Assembly: GCA_973895155.1 (NCBI GenBank)
Contig: OZ316898.1
Location: 188,751 to 252,750, forward strand
From: Marsupella aquatica
Taxonomy: Eukaryota; Plantae; Marchantiophyta
DNA: 64,000 bases
Direction: 5' to 3'
Below, piece after piece: positions 12,742-22,955 of the stretch. Every line of letters starts with the position of its first letter. The stretch's first letter is position 1. A program made the position numbers and the translations under genes. The notes beneath the pieces are model-generated. The model had not been told where the DNA came from, searched no databases, and saw only the letters and a list, made by a program, of their open reading frames with translations.

Positions 12742-13345
12742 CTTTGAACCTGAATAATGTACATGCATAGTGCACCTGATGTGGATACCTTGGAGATTGC
12801 AGACATTCCAATTTTGAGAAGAAGGACCTCTGTAGGAGAGGATGCTTAGGCAACAAGTACCCTAAGTTCATTACTTGTTCCTGGGTACATGCCTTCAAAA
12901 ACTCCCCTTAAGCCTTCTAGGAACTTTTTTAACTCTGCAATCATTTTGATCACGACTTACATGACACTGCTTAAATTAAATCAGGACTTCTCATTATGAG
13001 CATATAAGTTACAAGGCTATTTAATTTGCGAGAATTCCCTTAAAGTGTACCAACATTTTGTATTCTCATTGAATGTCTGCCCATTTACAACATCTGTATG
13101 TGGCATCACAAAACAATTGCACTTGTCACCTTCAATATTGTGAAGGCACATATTCAAACTATGAGGTGCATGCTTGCAGGTGTCTAGTACGTTTGTCCCA
13201 ATATTTCTCCCGTTTGGAATCGGAGCAGAGACTCACCAGCCGACTGGACTGGACCAAGTTATAAACGCAGCATTTTAAGGGCCCTCCGATTATCAGGTGA
13301 ACGCATTATCTTCCGGTCTACAGTGATTAGGTGGCCCGTGTGTAC

Positions 13346-14194
13346 ATGGCCTCTAGGAAACGTACAAAGGTTGACCACCCGCCTCCGTTGGCTGGAATCA
13401 AAGCCATTTTGATTCCTGGCCACTATGGGTTCACCCAAGTGAGTTGGCCAATCGTACAAAAACGATTCTCAGAGTTCCATGGGACTGAAGTCAAGGACAT
13501 CACTCCACAGACTACACATGTTGTTGCGGGGACATGGCTGGATGTGATGAACAAGTGGTCATGGTCCTTCATTGATTCTGCCATTACCAACCAAGGTCTA
13601 AAAGTAGTTGAAGTCTCTTGGCTGACCGATTCTGTTAAACATAGGTGTGTACAGAGTACTGAGCAATATGAGTTGTGGGAGAGTGAGGAGGCCACTGTAG
13701 AGGCTTTGGCTGAAAAGGAAGCCTATGAAGCAGCAACAGAGAAACCCAACTTTGCTTCTGTCCAATATGGACCTGTTGTCAACATAGGACACCATCCTAT
13801 GCGTGCAGATGCTATATTGAATGAGCATGGCAAGGAGAGAAATACCATTATGAAAGGGTTCAGTGTGGTATTTGCAGAAGAAGGAATTGGGGAGACTAAG
13901 TGCAGATTGTACAAGTCCATAGTTGTTGAGCTAGGTGGGACAGTGGAGGAGAGTCTAACAGAAACCTCCACTCATGTTGTAGGTCTGTCATACATGAAAA
14001 TATGCAGAAAATTCTTTAAGACAATAGTGCGTGATTTTGTCATGAACAACAATCTTTGGGTGCTTTCCCCTGATTGGCTTCTGGAATCAGCAGCTACAGG
14101 GAAGCGACAGAATGCTTGGGACTTTGATATTTTTGAGGCCTGGCCCTCCAAGATTCAGCGGAGATGTATGCTTAGCAAAGGTGGGAGAGAGTGA
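13346..14194 (+). CDS. Tandem double-BRCT protein; BRCTs resemble the plant DNA polymerase lambda N-terminal BRCT
   Basis: Two units ending THVV...V.V.WLTDS and THVV...VLSPDWLLES; NLS-like MASRKRTK start; no catalytic domain; ORF is intact. Confidence 0.8.
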   Translation: MASRKRTKVDHPPPLAGIKAILIPGHYGFTQVSWPIVQKRFSEFHGTEVKDITPQTTHVVAGTWLDVMNKWSWSFIDSAITNQGLKVVEVSWLTDSVKHRCVQSTEQYELWESEEATVEALAEKEAYEAATEKPNFASVQYGPVVNIGHHPMRADAILNEHGKERNTIMKGFSVVFAEEGIGETKCRLYKSIVVELGGTVEESLTETSTHVVGLSYMKICRKFFKTIVRDFVMNNNLWVLSPDWLLESAATGKRQNAWDFDIFEAWPSKIQRRCMLSKGGRE

Positions 14195-14370
14195 GGAGTA
14201 GGAGTCCCTCATATTTTTGTATAAATCACAATTTTGTAATAAATGTGATCCTTGAACTAACTCATCTTGTCATGGTTGGTCGCAGTTGAAGTGATTGTTG
14301 TTTCCTACTGCGTGGGGTGTGACTGTGAATCTACTTGCTGGGCTCTGTTTGGCTGAAGACTTTGGTGGGT

Positions 14371-14904
14371 ATGCTGCCTCTTCCAGACCGTCTGGCCCTA
14401 TGTAGGGTCCTCCTACGGGTTGCATCGTGCATGGCTACTGCTTGGGCTTACTTGTGTGGATTGGTAACCAGACAGAGTGTAGCTCCATCCGAGATAATGC
14501 CTGCAGACCTTGGATGTGTTGAGAATGCTGTGGTGAATGAGGATGCACAATCCGAAGAGGACATTTACTTTTCAGCAGATGAGTTAGACAAGCACGATGC
14601 TGTAGGTGGTTCCTTGTTGCCTGATTTGGCAGATGATATAGTTCTTACACATGTCTGGCCGAGGGTTCTTGTGGTGTCTGGCGCACAAGATATCTGCAAA
14701 TATAGACTAATTAGTACCCAGTGGAGGGACTTGGTAGCAACATGTGCACCATGGAGGGCACTGCTGCCACTGCTTGTAGGCACGGATCAAAGACCACCAT
14801 GGCATGAGCAGGGTTTAGACCTTGATGACTTAATGTACATGCCTGAGTACCTCAGGGCTGAGTGGCATCGACAACAGGATTGGTATCCGTATTTGATGTG
14901 GTAG
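14371..14904 (+). CDS. Small F-box-like protein
   Basis: LLPDLADDIVLTHVWPRV...CKYRLISTQWRDLV matches the F-box pattern; start codon uncertain (ORF open from 14335). Confidence 0.65.
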   Translation: MLPLPDRLALCRVLLRVASCMATAWAYLCGLVTRQSVAPSEIMPADLGCVENAVVNEDAQSEEDIYFSADELDKHDAVGGSLLPDLADDIVLTHVWPRVLVVSGAQDICKYRLISTQWRDLVATCAPWRALLPLLVGTDQRPPWHEQGLDLDDLMYMPEYLRAEWHRQQDWYPYLMW

Positions 14905-15532
14905 TAAGATGAGGACATCTCACACCGGTCTCGCACCTAGCACCTGTGTCTATGACTATACATGATTGGACTCTGATATGGTCATGGATGTACGTGCAGA
15001 GGCAGTACATGTGAGGACAGTGGAGGAGTTGACACCCTCAAACATTTAGGAATTTTGTCTCATTCACTTGAGAATAGGTACATGACTCAGGCACCTATAT
15101 TTTTTGTTTTTTTGTTTTTTTGGAACGTTACGTATTTTGGCAAGTACAGTCGGGGGTGAAATCCTTAACAGGAAGTGTATTTTTCACTTGCATAATAAAA
15201 TGACAGGGTGCTGAGTGCGTGTGTATAGTGATGGCTCCAAGGTTGCCTCTTCACAACCCATTTAAACCCCAATTTAAGGAAAACTGAACTTTGGAAATTC
15301 CAAAAATCACTAAATATTATTATTTTAATAAAAAGGGGGCGACATGACGCGTGGCTGCGCGTGAAACCCTGAAAATGACTGCAACGTCACATTTTAACCA
15401 ATCCAACTTGACGGGACCAAGAGACATGCTCACGCGAATAATAATAATAGAGAAATAAATCTTTGAGATCCTTTATATATGATAACCAGTATATAAGGAG
15501 TTTACAAATGGTTTCTAGAACGACAATACAAA

Positions 15533-16250
15533 TTAATCTGATCTCATGCCGACTATTATTTTGGAAGCGTCCAAAATTGGGCGTCTGTTAAATTGCTCTA
15601 CTAGATATCTATCTCCATGCCTCTGAATCACAGGGTCTTCCCATAGAGTATGATTATAATCATAATCTCTAAAAATAGATTTAACTGACCAATCTGGATA
15701 ATCTCTTCCATTGGCAATGACAAGCGGCTCACAAGAGTTTGCTAGCTTGCTAAGATATGGAATCAGCAAGTTAATCAGGAAACTGTTGTCGACCGACCCA
15801 AAATATTTGGGCAGAAATAATAATCCAACAACAGGATCTAAACAAGCATGAAATGCATCGGATTCAATAAGCATTATATTTTGCTGCAGATACGCCTTCA
15901 TATAAATTCCAACCTTCTCAAAACACTTCAAAAATATCCGCTTATTTGATGTCACCCCATTGCATAAGTAACAATGAGACTGATCCCAAATATACTTAAA
16001 TGAGGCCATTTCCATCGCAATAAAAATAGATGCTAAAATCTGATCTAAAAGGTTCTTCCCAAGAGAGGACCAGATCCCTACATCAAAATTCTCAAAACAG
16101 AATCTCAAGAATTCGTGAAGATGAGGCCTTGGAAAAATGTATATATTCCCAATCCGAATTCCAGTTGAGATCGCCATCAGTCGGGAATGCGGTGCAGTGT
16201 AACAGAGTAGATGCTCCACGTCTAAAACTATGAGCCCATTTTCTCTGCTG
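15533..16250 (-). CDS. FCP1/NIF-like HAD phosphatase domain, copy 3 (degenerate catalytic motif)
   Basis: LIVLDVEHLL...FPRPHLHEFLRFCFENFDVGIWSS...WDQSHC...IFLK...NIMLIESD. Confidence 0.75.
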
Positions 16251-16347
16251 CAATGAATCTCCTATAGAGAAACACAAGAAGATGCATGAGCCCGTATGGA
16301 TGTAGTCACGCAAATGGTCGCGTCACATATTACAGAGAAAACATCCT

Positions 16348-17053
16348 CTACACTCTGGCCATTGATAAGTGACGTCTGTTGAAGTGCTTGATAAGAACTT
16401 GATCCGCATGTCTCTGCACGTACAGATGCTCCCATATATCCTCGTTCAGATCCCAATCTCGATGTAGATTTCTAATCGACCAGATGGGATAATCGAACTT
16501 GTTAGCGAACGCAAGACAAAGCCCTGAATTTGATAGCTTTCGTAAATATGGAATGAGGTCATCCCTCAAAAAGACATCATCCACGATCCTTGAAACGACT
16601 TAGCGAACAATAATCCGCATACAGCTGTCTGGCATGTATGGGAAGGACAGGCATCAATCTGGATTATATTCTCTGGTCGATAATCTTGAAACATATCACG
16701 TAGTCTCTCGATAGATTGAAGACAACAGTCTTATAATTTTTCTTCACATAACCAAGATTCCAGCAATGATCCCGCGTGAACACATATATCAGCTGCGACA
16801 GGTCGGTGCTTGACAACACTTCTGAAAGTATCTGATAAACCAGTTTATCGTCGAGAATAGACCAGACCATCACATCAAAATGATCATAACAGAATTTTAT
16901 AAGATCATGAAGATGCGGCCTCAGAACAACACATAGAGATCCGATACGAATTCCGGGTGCCGACTTGAGCTGAGGAGTATATTTTGAAACAGAGCACATG
17001 AAGTTTTCCAGTCCTAAAACTAGAAGTTGACGCGACCTGCTCCACTTAGACAC
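16348..17053 (-). pseudogene. FCP1/NIF-like HAD phosphatase domain, copy 2, frameshifted
   Basis: LLVLGLENFM...LRPHLHDLIKFCYDHFDVMVWS (16664-17053) plus DDVFLRDDLIPYLRKL..WS..(16348-16584), paralogous to copy 3. Confidence 0.75.
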
Positions 17054-17178
17054 CTGTAAATGAACAATTCGATTCTCATATTATGCAATTGCAAACAACC
17101 ACGCGACCGGGCGCGTCACTCCCAAAAGTTCAATTTCAATCAATTTATAAATAATAATTGATAATAAACAATAAATGT

Positions 17179-18084
17179 TTACTTATTGGACTTATCCCGG
17201 GCTTCTATAGCACAGTCTTTTTTGGCAGATAAGTATTTCATAAATTCGTCAAACTTTTCTAAATGGTCTTTATTCCCCTGATTACGAATGATCACGTTTC
17301 TCCTCCAAAGATTCGTCTTATCAATATAATCTTTCTCAAGATTTTCTTGAGAGAACGTTGGAATCCCATATCCACTAAGGAGCTCGCGGAATGTCAACTT
17401 GTCAATTGACATGTCGCATAGATATGGATATAGTTTCTTTCTAAAAAATAGGTCATCATCGAGCCCAGAATATGCATCGGGATACAACGATGAATAGAAG
17501 TCATTAAGGCTCGTCTTATATGCAACGTCATCGATAAGAATGACATTCTCGATGTTGTAATCTTTAATATCGGCGGCAATGTCCGAGAGACATTTGACAA
17601 ATAAAGGGATGTCATTATTATTCTTCCCAATAAGTCGAGTTGATTCTTGTCCCCATATAAATTTAATACGTTTCAAAACTTCGGGTCGAAGTATCAGCCT
17701 TACACAAGATAGAATATTCCGTTTGAACATGCACGACCAGATCGCAATGTTGTATAGATCTGCCACCTTCTCAAGAAATTCCATTAAATCAGGCCTTGGA
17801 TAGATAACCTTGTGCATCTGTCTCACACCCCTTGACCGAATGGGCATCCCAGGGCTGATCTTCTCTGACCAGATAAGTACCCGATTCAGATCAAAAATTA
17901 CAAGTCTCTTCTGAACCGGTGACTTCTTTGCCGATGGATTAGGCGCCATCTGTACCTGTGATTTTTGTGCCGCAGGGTTTGGAGAACGTACTAGAACGGT
18001 CTGTTTGTTTCCCGCCTCTGGACGATCACCGGACTTCCGGACTGGTGCCTTCGATACTCGATCAGGGGGTTTCGGGATAGGCTT
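17179..18084 (-). CDS. FCP1/NIF-like HAD phosphatase exon, copy 1, spliced in frame to the Ulp1 exon
   Basis: KRLVIFDLNRVLI...YPRPDLMEFL...IAIWS...FIWGQ...PLFVKCL...NVILIDD. GT-AG intron 18085-18170 joins it in frame to the upstream exon. Confidence 0.8.
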   Translation of the reverse strand, partial: KPIPKPPDRVSKAPVRKSGDRPEAGNKQTVLVRSPNPAAQKSQVQMAPNPSAKKSPVQKRLVIFDLNRVLIWSEKISPGMPIRSRGVRQMHKVIYPRPDLMEFLEKVADLYNIAIWSCMFKRNILSCVRLILRPEVLKRIKFIWGQESTRLIGKNNNDIPLFVKCLSDIAADIKDYNIENVILIDDVAYKTSLNDFYSSLYPDAYSGLDDDLFFRKKLYPYLCDMSIDKLTFRELLSGYGIPTFSQENLEKDYIDKTNLWRRNVIIRNQGNKDHLEKFDEFMKYLSAKKDCAIEARDKSNK

Positions 18085-18170
18085 CTGTAAAACATTAAGA
18101 AATGAAAATAAGTTTATAACGCGAACGGTTGCGTGACTACAAAGAGAGACACTGAAATGAAGTGTATTAC

Positions 18171-18936
18171 CTGTACAAGACGGTCGTTCAGTGCTGGAAT
18201 TCCGCCAGAAATATCAATCATAGCAGCACGGATCCCGGTAACTAGGTTACTTGCGGACGTCGGCTTGCGGAAGTCCATGTCAAATAACGACAAGACTATC
18301 TCCCTACGGAATTTTGTTTCCTTGACACAAGCACTTGGCGTATCTCAAGATAAACACACCACAACTGTGGCCATCACTCTGGTGAGGAATATCATTCCGA
18401 TATATCCGTTCCCAACCTGAGAGATCCAAGTTGACACCAGTTCTCCAGCCAATTTCGTCGGCGTAGTACTTCCCAACAATATCTAGCACCCCAGGATTTT
18501 GTCGATTATGAACTAGAGAATCTAAGTACTCCAGCCGTTTCTCCTTCGGATACAAGACTACCAATGACCAATGTTCTTTCACAACATTGTGTACTGGAAA
18601 GACCAGTTTCTCGTATTCACTGATTTTTAGCGGAAACTCCTTTGTCCAAGCTGCTATCTCCTCGTAAAAAATGGTAGGATCCATGGAGAGAAGCTCAAAA
18701 TGGTGTGTTTGGAAGAATTTGACGAGGTCTGACTTTCCAACTCTATCGAGAATCAGTTCGAGAAAACTCAAATAAGCGTTAATTATATCATCGGTGAGCA
18801 ACTCGCGCGGTCTCAGACACATCATATGTTTCCTCTTGATCGAGTGTTGTAAGAACTTGGTCAATAGCTCTTCCATATCCTTAGAAGGATCAAGGCATTG
18901 ATCTATTCGACTAGCCAAATTTTCAAAAAACTGCAA
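18171..18936 (-). pseudogene. Ulp1/SENP (peptidase C48) SUMO-type protease exon, frameshifted near its C-terminus
   Basis: LTDDIINAYL, PVHNVVKEHWSLVV..LEYLDSL and HQSDGHSCGVF give the His/Asp/Gln/Cys catalytic set. The expected FRREIVLSL tail continues in another frame after about 18315. Confidence 0.9.
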
Positions 18937-19064
18937 AAAACAGAGATTTCAGAACGCCTTCAAATAACGTACTGAGGTTGTAGCCTAAGGGTTGTAGCCT
19001 CAGAAAACAGAAACAATAACAGATCAATAATAAAATAATGACGTCTATAATAGAAACTTTAAGC

Positions 19065-21030
19065 TTATAGCTTGCGAATGACCTTTGGATTGGGTGGATC
19101 CGGCCTTTTCGCAACTGATCTCTTGGGTGCCTCAATCGCAACAACATCCTTCAGCCCTCCTTGAGACCGCAGTGATCGCTCCACCGGACCAGTTTGCGAA
19201 GGTTGGAGCGATGAGGCGGGAAGACCTTCAAATGGTTGTGGCATTTGTTTCAAATATTCCACAATCTGGGAATCCGATTCCAAAATATCCGGTGCCACAA
19301 TTTCTGCGCGAGTCACCTCTGCAATATATCGGGGTCGAGACCACGAACCCGGTTGCGTCAAGTCAGCTGTTAGTCTCTTAACGACTTGAGCCGAGTCTGG
19401 TGCCAAAAACGTTCCCAGGTCTTGCACTCGATTCTCGGAAAAGCGGACATTATTGATGATTGTCTCCATTCTGGATGCAGTGGCAGTCTTCTCCTCGGTA
19501 ATCAAAAGACCCTTCCAATATTGCAAAGCAAGGACTACCTGGACTCGGAGCTGCTCCGGTGAATATTTATTCCAATCATCCAACGACACCGTACTTAAGG
19601 GTGGATCGTTAAATTCAAACTCCGAGCAAAGAAAATAGTCTAATATTTTCTTCTTAACTGCAACTGAGGGTGAAGAAGGCTTCTTCAAATTCAGCCTTAT
19701 TTTTGGTAGACGTTGTGCCTTAGGAATAAGCGAAAGATCCTTGGCCCTCTCGGCCTCCTTCCTCGCTGCCTCCAGTCTTGCGGCTTCTTTTCTCTCCAGT
19801 CTTGCGGAATCCACCTTTTCCGCCTCCAACTTCTCCGCCTCCACCCTCTCCGGTCTTGCGGTCTCGTCCGCCATCCTCTCGGCCAGCAGCCTCTCAGCCG
19901 CCTCACTCTCCGCCTTGGCCCTATTTTCCTCTATCACTAAAAGGACTCTCGCTGCCTCCGCTTTCTCAGCCTGGGCTTTCTCCGCCTGGGCTTTCTTCGC
20001 CTGGGCTTTCTTCGCCTGGGCTTTCTCCGCCTGGGCTTTCTTGGCCTCCGCTTTCTCAGCCTGGGCTTTCTCGGCCTCCGCTTTTTGAGCCTGGGCTTTC
20101 TCGGGCTCCGCTTTCTGAGCCTGGGCTTTCTCGGGCTCCGCTTTCTGAGCCTGGGATTTCTCGGCCTCCGCTTTCTCAGCCTGGGCTTTATCAGCCTGGG
20201 CTTTATCAGCCTGGGCTTTCTGAGCCTGGGCTTTCTCAGCCTCCGCTTTCTGAGCCTGGGCTTTCTCGGCCTCCGCTTTCTCAGCCTGGGCTTTATCAGC
20301 CTGGGCTTTTTGAGCCTGGGCTTTCTCAGCCTCCGCTTTCTCAGCCTGGGCTTTCTCGGCCTCCGCTTTCTCCGCCTGGGCTTTCTCGGCCTCCGCTTTC
20401 TCAGCCTCGGCTTTCTCCTTCTTCTTCGCGGCAGTTGCTTTTCTAGCTGCTGCCTTTTTCTTCTTATCCTCCTTCTTTTGAAGCTGCTCTTGCCGGGCCG
20501 CCTCTTGTCGGGCCGCCTCCTCCTGCCGGGCCGCCTCCTTCTTTTGAAGCTCCTCTTGCCGGGCCGCCTCCTGCCGGGCCGCTTCCTTCTTTTGAAGCTC
20601 CTCTTGCCGGGCCGCCTCCTGCCGGGCCTCCTCCAGCCTGGCCTCCTCCAGCCTGGCCGCCTCGTGCCGGGCCTCCTCCTGCCGGGCCGCCTCCTCTCTG
20701 GCCTCCTCCTTTCGGGCCGCCTCCTCTTGGTCCACCTCATGTCGAGGCTCCTGTGTGGCCTCTTCATCAGAGTCCTCAGCGTCCTCAGAACCCTCCATCT
20801 CCTCGTCCTCTTCATCAGCGTCCTTAGCGTCCTTCATCTCCTCTCCGTCACTCTCTTCATCTCCTCTATTGTCGGAATCTCCGATGTCGTTCTGCGTATC
20901 GGTCATCCACTATGGATCTTGGTCATTGACATCCCCATCCACGTCACCTTCCGCGTCACCTTCCCCCTCACCATCCGCATCACCATTGCTCCCTACATCC
21001 TCAACATTGAAGCCGCAGTCGACTTGATCT
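19065..21030 (-). CDS. Acidic plus charged alpha-helical repeat exon of the same transposon-type gene
   Basis: 613-aa ORF with D/E tract, (Q/E)EAAR and AEKAQ/AEKAE repeats. Acidic frame continues upstream past an in-frame TAG near 20910 to an acceptor near 21030. Confidence 0.7.
19950..20730 (-). repeat. Coding 15-bp minisatellites (AEKAQ/AEKAE and QEAAR units)
   Basis: Arrays such as gcctgggctttctca / gcctccgctttctca and tcctgccgggccgcc on the + strand. Confidence 0.95.
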
Positions 21031-22955
21031 GAATAAAATCAGATCATTTGATAAGAATGACTCACGCGTGAAAAGAAATGTTATGAATGTCCACGCGCAT
21101 GTTCGCGTGACGCAATAAAAAGTAAGAGGTTTCAAAAGTAACTTACCTTGGATTGGCCCACTAGGGTACTCCGTTGGTCGAATGTACAATCGATCGGAAT
21201 CTTCAGAGAGTGCATACTCTTGCAATAATTGATTACAAATATTATCAGGGATTATCCGAACAAGATTTCTCCCTTCATGCATGAATGTCGTATTTGGCTA
21301 TGAGGACGCGATTCTACTACTCTATGATACTGGTAAACCTTCTGCGCCCAGGTTACGCTATAAGCATTTTTATGACAAAATGCAGATAGTCAATGAGCTC
21401 CCAAATCTCACACACACAACCCAGTCGTTAGGCTCTCCGGAAACGCAAAGGTTTACCAGCAATATATCGGTGGAAAATATAAAATACCGGAATCTCAGGA
21501 CGAACAGCTTCCCAATCTGTGCATGCATAGTTGTTGGCATTCTTGTCCGAGCTAGTGTCCCCGTCACCGTCACCGAATAAACTGCCCGAACAGGATGTCT
21601 CCGAACACGACCCTCGTTAGCTATTCAACAAGGATCGATTATGAAAGAGGGAAAAAAATATCTAACCCATTACGATGAATTTACTGGTAATCCCGACTTT
21701 GACAGATGTACCTACTCCTTACCTCTCCAAGCATTTTAATAAACTTTTTTTTAAGTGTGGTCAGCTGTCTCTACTATTGTATGCTCGCCTGCCTCAATCA
21801 ATGGGAGACCAAATTGCGCTGCAAAAGTTGCATTGAAGCCAACTTTATGTTCCTCGCGTTAATTCTGAATGCATGCAGCTGCGCGCGCCCACCTGCGGCG
21901 TCTCCATGCGTTTTGCTCAAGAAGGTGTCTCTCGTTTGTTTAATTTCACCCGGGGTTTCTCCAGCACCGAGAACATCTCCTTCCCAGTATTCCTCAAAAG
22001 TCCTCGCTTCTCATTCTTGTTTGATCTGAATTTCATCATGAATGGTGTCGCGGGTGGGGGGGTGGGGTGGGGGCAGACCTAGACCTGCGCCTTGGTTAAC
22101 GCTGGCTCACTTTCCCATCTGAGCATCGGATTCTCTTTGGAAACTTCTACCGAGATTAGCAAACTATAAAGCCTGGCCCTAATTCATCTCTCCCCCATCC
22201 ATGCCTACATCCGCTTCGATGGCCCTTCCTCATTTGTCCACTGTTTGTACCAATGTGCTCGCGTAAATAACAGTAGCATTTCATGTGGCGATCGAGGGTC
22301 CTTTGGCATTATACTAAGTAACACCGATGCCGCATATATGTGGACATCCCTAACACACTGCCGTATTTCATCAAGGAATGGCGGGACGGTCCAAATCATG
22401 TCTAGCCTGGGCGTGTGTACTCTAATCCCAGGATTGTGGTGCGATATCGATTAATACCCCAACCGTTGGTACACCTTTCTCGATTGTCATATATATGCCA
22501 TGTACTTATCACTGGACAGAACTTGGAACACATTAATGAAATCACGGGGAGGTGACCGTACGTACGGTCCACATACAGCAAGGCTAGCGAGCTGGGCCAA
22601 AATCACTTCCCAACACTCTAAAATTCTGTACACTAGCTTCTAACCATCTAACTACATTGTCGGCACGTCGAAGTCACGACCTCAAAAAAAACTCTCGATC
22701 TTCTTCCCACACGTAATTTTCTGCGTCCTCCGGATTGAAGGGGAACTCGTCAGTTTGCGTGAGCTCTCCGATCCTTGGCAGGCTACAGCCAGCGGCAGGA
22801 TCGATCCCTTTTCAATTTGTCATAATACTCCCAAGCTTCATGTCTAATTAGCATGGGGGAGGACTAGTAGATGTACAAAACTCATCCACCCACTGCTGGA
22901 TATTGGGATATATGTGGGTGGTGTAAAAATGGAAGGACTGAAGACCACGTACATG

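Noticed and set aside
2272-15230. CACTA element from CACTAGTAG (2272) to TAGTG (15230)
   Set aside because: Only 5 bp of inverted match, 3-bp flanks differ (ACC vs ATG), and the MTase-like frame continues across 2272
15533-18936. Endogenous giant virus suggested by NIF phosphatases and Ulp1
   Set aside because: Spliceosomal introns, plant-type NIF motifs, and no capsid, PolB or packaging ATPase seen
19778-21032. R/K-rich, LSLGF-repeat and P-rich ORFs (292, 315 and 222 aa)
   Set aside because: Alternative-frame and antisense shadows of the 15-bp minisatellite
21140-22950. Upstream exons of the Ulp1 gene as a transposase (also 25319-25643 and 34313-35900)
   Set aside because: Coding-like but multiply disrupted; no DDE or other motif recognised, needs translated HMM search
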